Part shown: one piece after another, positions 60,781 through 64,000 of the stretch
How positions within the stretch are numbered: position 1 is the stretch's first letter
Layout of the letters: every line of letters begins with the position of its first letter
Source of the DNA: Patescibacteria group bacterium
GTDB lineage: Bacteria > Patescibacteriota > Dojkabacteria > J137
DNA: 64,000 nucleotides
Direction: 5' to 3'
Assembly (NCBI GenBank): GCA_963169855.1
Contig: CAUJCN010000002.1
Location: 69,508 to 133,507 of the forward strand
Program-made: the position numbers and the translations under genes
Notes under the pieces: generated by a model
Database searches by the model: none
Told to the model about the DNA's origin: nothing
What the model saw: the letters and a program-made list of their open reading frames with translations, nothing else

Positions 60781-61119
60781 TCATCTCAGTGTTTTCTGGA
60801 TACTACCTAATATTAACCCCAACTCTCTAGCCTCTGAGCGGAAATCTTGGAATCTACTATCAGAGGTCACCGCGCTAAGTATATCCAACCAGTAAACAGT
60901 TTCTGCAGCTTCCTTTTTTGCTATTTTAACCCTCATTTTAAAGTCCTTAGGACCAATATGCTGGTTAGCCTCTATATAATTGGCACCTATAGAACCTGAT
61001 GAACGAATTACCTGTCTGAAATCGTCAATTAGTAGAGAGTTGTACTTGAATGTCGCTAGGTGCTGTCTTACGTTTATGGAAAAATTTTTGGCTCGATCTA
61101 CTAAATCAAATGTTTTCAT
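60781..61119 (-). CDS. four-helix-bundle protein (TIGR02436-like)
   Basis: 112 aa; QVIRSSGSIGANYIEAN...KIAKKEAAETVYWLDIL pattern. Confidence 0.55.
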   Translation of the reverse strand: MKTFDLVDRAKNFSINVRQHLATFKYNSLLIDDFRQVIRSSGSIGANYIEANQHIGPKDFKMRVKIAKKEAAETVYWLDILSAVTSDSRFQDFRSEARELGLILGSIQKTLR

Positions 61120-61237
61120 AAAGCTATTCTATGAAATCTATAAACAAGACACCATGTTTTGCAATACAATTTTCGATCTTTAAGTTTCTGATTTCGAACT
61201 TAACTTTGAATTAGTTGAAGAGACCTAAGTTTGTCAG

Positions 61238-61972
61238 TTAGCGAATTACCAAAATCTTTCTAATTGCTTCGATAGTGAATTGAAGAAGAGGAATGATTCT
61301 ATTGTATCTCATTCTATTTGGACCAATAATTGCTAAGTATCCATGATTTTCGCCATTTATTCTCAATTCGTTGAAAACAATCGCATATTCACCAAACATA
61401 TCTTGACCGGATTCTTCGCCAATTAGAACATTTGTATCATGATCTTTGACTTCTCTGTTCATCATTTCGGATAAAACGCTGTAATCTTCCAAAATTGTTA
61501 AGATTCTTTTTAGATTGTCTGTATCTCTAAATTCTGGGATATTTACTAATTCTGAAAGTCCTGAATACATTACTTGACCGTCTACAACAGCAATCGCTGC
61601 GTTTCCGCTAAACTTGCTCAGCATCACTACACTTTTTCTAATAACCTGTTCTGAATCTTCGTTGACTTTGTGAAGAACATTTTGAATTTCGTCTTGAGTT
61701 CCAGTATCGATATCGTCAAATCCTATTGATTCTAAGTAGTCTACAAAGAACCTCCATCCTTTAGTCGTAGGTATTCTTCCACTACTTAGGTTCTTTTGAT
61801 AAAGATATCCTAGTAGTCCCAAATTCGACATCTCATTTCTAATTGTTGCTGGACTTAAGTCAAAATCGTATTTATTTTGAAGGCTGATAGAACCAACTGC
61901 TTCTGCAGTTTCTATAAACTCTTTGATTATTGTCAAAAGTAGCTCTTTTTGTCTCTCTGAGAACTTATCCAT
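61238..61972 (-). CDS. hrcA: heat-inducible transcription repressor HrcA (short form)
   Basis: N-terminal wHTH LSERQKELLLTIIKEFIETAEAVGSISL...LSPATIRNEMSNL...SSGRIPTTKGWRFFVDYL. Confidence 0.8.
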   Translation of the reverse strand: MDKFSERQKELLLTIIKEFIETAEAVGSISLQNKYDFDLSPATIRNEMSNLGLLGYLYQKNLSSGRIPTTKGWRFFVDYLESIGFDDIDTGTQDEIQNVLHKVNEDSEQVIRKSVVMLSKFSGNAAIAVVDGQVMYSGLSELVNIPEFRDTDNLKRILTILEDYSVLSEMMNREVKDHDTNVLIGEESGQDMFGEYAIVFNELRINGENHGYLAIIGPNRMRYNRIIPLLQFTIEAIRKILVIR

Positions 61973-62042
61973 GTTTGTAGTATACCATATATTCTAGAGC
62001 TGAAATCGAGCTTATACTATACATCTATGATATAATTAATAC

Positions 62043-62714
62043 ATGCAAAACAAGGTTAGTATAATAATAAAAGTCATAGGTTATATCGGAGTATTTCTGA
62101 TGATTCTGCCTATCGGAATTTTGGGTTACTCTGTAATTGTTCCAGAGAAATCTGCTGTACAGGCTGAGGAATTCAATTCAGAAAAGGAAAATGACATTCT
62201 ATTAAAACCTATTTTCACAGAAAAAACTGCAACGAAATTCAAAGACCCATTCTTGAACATTAATAACGAAGAATTGAATGAATTACCTCTACAATTCGAA
62301 GTTCCTGTTGATTCAGTAGTTACAACAGGAGCAACAATAAGAATCCCTTCAATCGGAGTTTCCACAACAATTTATGAATCGCAGGATGCCGAAAAAGCTC
62401 TTGAATACGGAGTTTGGAGAGACCCAACAATGAGTACGCCAGACAGATACGGGAAACCTATTGTTATGGCAGCCCACAGATGGGGATCAGAGAGCTTATC
62501 TTGGGAATGGAGGTATCAGAATTTATTCAATAAATTTGACCAATTACAACCAGGTTCTACAGTTGAAATCACTTGGAATAACAAGATATACACTTTCAAA
62601 ATCAGATCAATTGACCAGAACTTTGTTGTGGAAGAGTACGCTGACTTGATCCTATACACTTGCGTGTATTACGGATCTCCAGAAAGATACATTGTTTACG
62701 CTGATAGAATCTAA
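62043..62714 (+). CDS. sortase family transpeptidase
   Basis: N-terminal TM; IRIPSIGVSTTIYES; His in VMAAHRWG; catalytic Cys in LILYTCV; Arg in RYIVYADR. Confidence 0.75.
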   Translation: MQNKVSIIIKVIGYIGVFLMILPIGILGYSVIVPEKSAVQAEEFNSEKENDILLKPIFTEKTATKFKDPFLNINNEELNELPLQFEVPVDSVVTTGATIRIPSIGVSTTIYESQDAEKALEYGVWRDPTMSTPDRYGKPIVMAAHRWGSESLSWEWRYQNLFNKFDQLQPGSTVEITWNNKIYTFKIRSIDQNFVVEEYADLILYTCVYYGSPERYIVYADRI

Positions 62715-62773
62715 ATGACTTTGAGGTTATATATATATTGAAAATATACTATTTCGTGATATAATCTGCAGGT

Positions 62774-63091
62774 ATGAAAAACTTTTTAGTAAAAGCATTA
62801 CAAATCACAATAGCATCAGGAGCAATTTTCGCTTCAGGTTTCTTATCTACAGCTACACCAGTTTACGCTGCTAATGGATGTGGGAAGGGAAACTATTTCG
62901 ACTATAACCATAACAGATGCTTACCATGTCCAGTTGGACCTTACGGGGTTTCAATTTGTCCAGACACAGGTATCATTTTTGACGATAACGGTAATTTACA
63001 AACTGGAAACCTTATAGCACTCTCCGCTTTATTTGGATCCGGAGCTTTGATATTCTTAGGAAGTAAGTACAACTTATCAAAGTTACAATAA
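62774..63091 (+). CDS. small Cys-rich secreted protein with C-terminal tripartite anchor (candidate sortase substrate)
   Basis: signal peptide ...TPVYA|AN; C-terminus LQTGN + hydrophobic LIALSALFGSGALIFLG + basic tail SKYNLSKLQ. Confidence 0.5.
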   Translation: MKNFLVKALQITIASGAIFASGFLSTATPVYAANGCGKGNYFDYNHNRCLPCPVGPYGVSICPDTGIIFDDNGNLQTGNLIALSALFGSGALIFLGSKYNLSKLQ

Positions 63092-63108
63092 TTCGTCTTT
63101 AATAAACT

Positions 63109-64000
63109 ATGCAAGGTTTAATTGCAGGGGTTTCAAGATTAATTTCAAATATAGCACCACTTTTCTTGCTGTTTGTTTTTACGAAAACATCCAGCCTAGA
63201 AGATATTGGACTAATCAACTATTTCATTGCTTTAATCACGATCATCGGTGTTCTTACTGACTTTGGCTTACCAGAAGTAGTTCAAAGTTTTCTACCAAAA
63301 ACTCAGAACAAAAAAGCAGTTGTTTCTAAGTCATTTTTCTACGAAATTGCTATAGTTTTGCTTGCTGGAGGCGCGATTCTATTAATCGATACTTTAACTG
63401 GACTATCAATCAGCAAAGGCTTTCCTTTCATTCTTTTAGCAATAATCATTTTCTCTAGTAGCAATACTTTCATTCTGATTTTCAATGGATTAAAGAGAGA
63501 AAAACTAGTTTCTACTTTCTACCTAGGATCAGCAGTACTTTTCATTGGCATTTCGACCATTTTGAATATAGTTTTCAAGATTAACGCAGTAGAAGCATTC
63601 CTTTACGGAAGATTAATTTCTTGGGTTATTTTCTGGATCTTACCTTTAATAGTTCTATTTAAAGACAAGTTGATTTCGATCTCAGGAATAAGATCAGGAG
63701 ACAAAATATTACCTTTTGCAATTAACGCCTTCCTAGCTTCAATCGCCTATGTAATTGCTGGGCAACTTGATTCGATTTTGATCACGAATCATTATGGATT
63801 AGAGGCAAATGGCATCTTTAAATCTGCAGTTTTCGCAGGAACTATTCCAATCGCCCTAGCTACAATCTTACAAACAAAGCTTATCCCTGAGTTCTCAGAA
63901 AACTTATCGAAGGCATACTCCTCTTTAAAAAAGTACCTAAAGCTAGTCATTGGGTTGTCATTTGGATTATTAATAGCCGGCTTATTACTGGGTAACCTGG
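63109..64000 (+). CDS. polysaccharide biosynthesis/flippase (Wzx/MOP family) membrane protein; runs off the window end
   Basis: ATG at 63109 followed by >290 codons of multi-TM sequence with no stop before position 64000. Confidence 0.55.
   Translation, partial: MQGLIAGVSRLISNIAPLFLLFVFTKTSSLEDIGLINYFIALITIIGVLTDFGLPEVVQSFLPKTQNKKAVVSKSFFYEIAIVLLAGGAILLIDTLTGLSISKGFPFILLAIIIFSSSNTFILIFNGLKREKLVSTFYLGSAVLFIGISTILNIVFKINAVEAFLYGRLISWVIFWILPLIVLFKDKLISISGIRSGDKILPFAINAFLASIAYVIAGQLDSILITNHYGLEANGIFKSAVFAGTIPIALATILQTKLIPEFSENLSKAYSSLKKYLKLVIGLSFGLLIAGLLLGNL

Noticed and set aside
61973-62042. Looked for a CIRCE-like palindrome upstream of hrcA
   Set aside because: Only an imperfect agagctgaaatcgagct segment is present with no TTAGCA/TGCTAA half-sites, so no operator is claimed there
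1-64000. CRISPR arrays, rRNA genes, insertion sequences with transposase, restriction-modification or toxin-antitoxin pairs
   Set aside because: No regularly spaced direct repeats, no rRNA-like conserved stretches, and no transposase, integrase, methylase or REase motifs were seen in any ORF
1-64000. Alternative genetic code (UGA read as an amino acid, as in some candidate phyla)
   Set aside because: Genes such as uvrA, dnaK and the giant surface protein are intact under the standard code, and TGA occurs as a terminal stop (e.g. overlapping ATGA junctions), so the standard code fits

Overview
Reading by eye, this is an AT-rich window with a 72-nt tRNA-Gly(TCC), a 90-nt tRNA-Ser(GGA), no rRNA and no CRISPR array. 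Gene content and architecture suggest a small-genome, possibly Patescibacteria/CPR-like bacterium using the standard genetic code; that is an inference. Recognisable housekeeping genes include uvrA, dnaK, hrcA, pheS, efp with its modifier epmA, miaA, rmuC, pth, tgt, prmC, hpf, mscL and RNase HI. grpE carries an N-terminal extension. Other CDS include an rRNA methyltransferase, two Hsp20 paralogs, a COG0523 GTPase, three ABC exporters, GT4, GH18, a VOC protein, an alpha/beta hydrolase and an SDR pseudogene. Cell-envelope genes include a ~1650-aa multi-domain surface protein, a sortase followed by a small secreted protein with a C-terminal anchor, a polysaccharide flippase (truncated by the window end) and an MgtC-like protein. 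A VirB4/TrbE-family ATPase is interrupted by a single in-frame TAA and sits among uncharacterised membrane proteins. Sequence-level signals not explained by the gene calls: (1) a CIRCE-like palindrome variant (TTAGCAG-N13-CTGCTAA) upstream of dnaK and in the long leader of one hsp20, with hrcA present; (2) a 25-nt GC-rich hairpin present twice in opposite orientation behind miaA and dnaK; (3) a tRNA-Ser locus with a partial duplicate of the tRNA 5' end bracketing a small GIY-YIG nuclease gene, plus a 12-nt repeat of the tRNA 3' end 2.1 kb away delimiting a slightly GC-richer segment; (4) a minus-strand operon of two large proteins with no recognisable family (one with a C-terminal LOG/DprA-like Rossmann domain), a GT4 glycosyltransferase and a divergent regulator that has an OmpR-type winged helix but no canonical receiver; (5) an unknown 417-aa gene inside the hrcA-grpE-dnaK operon; (6) two probable frameshift-disrupted genes. 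All functional calls rest on motif recognition from the translations; no database search was possible.
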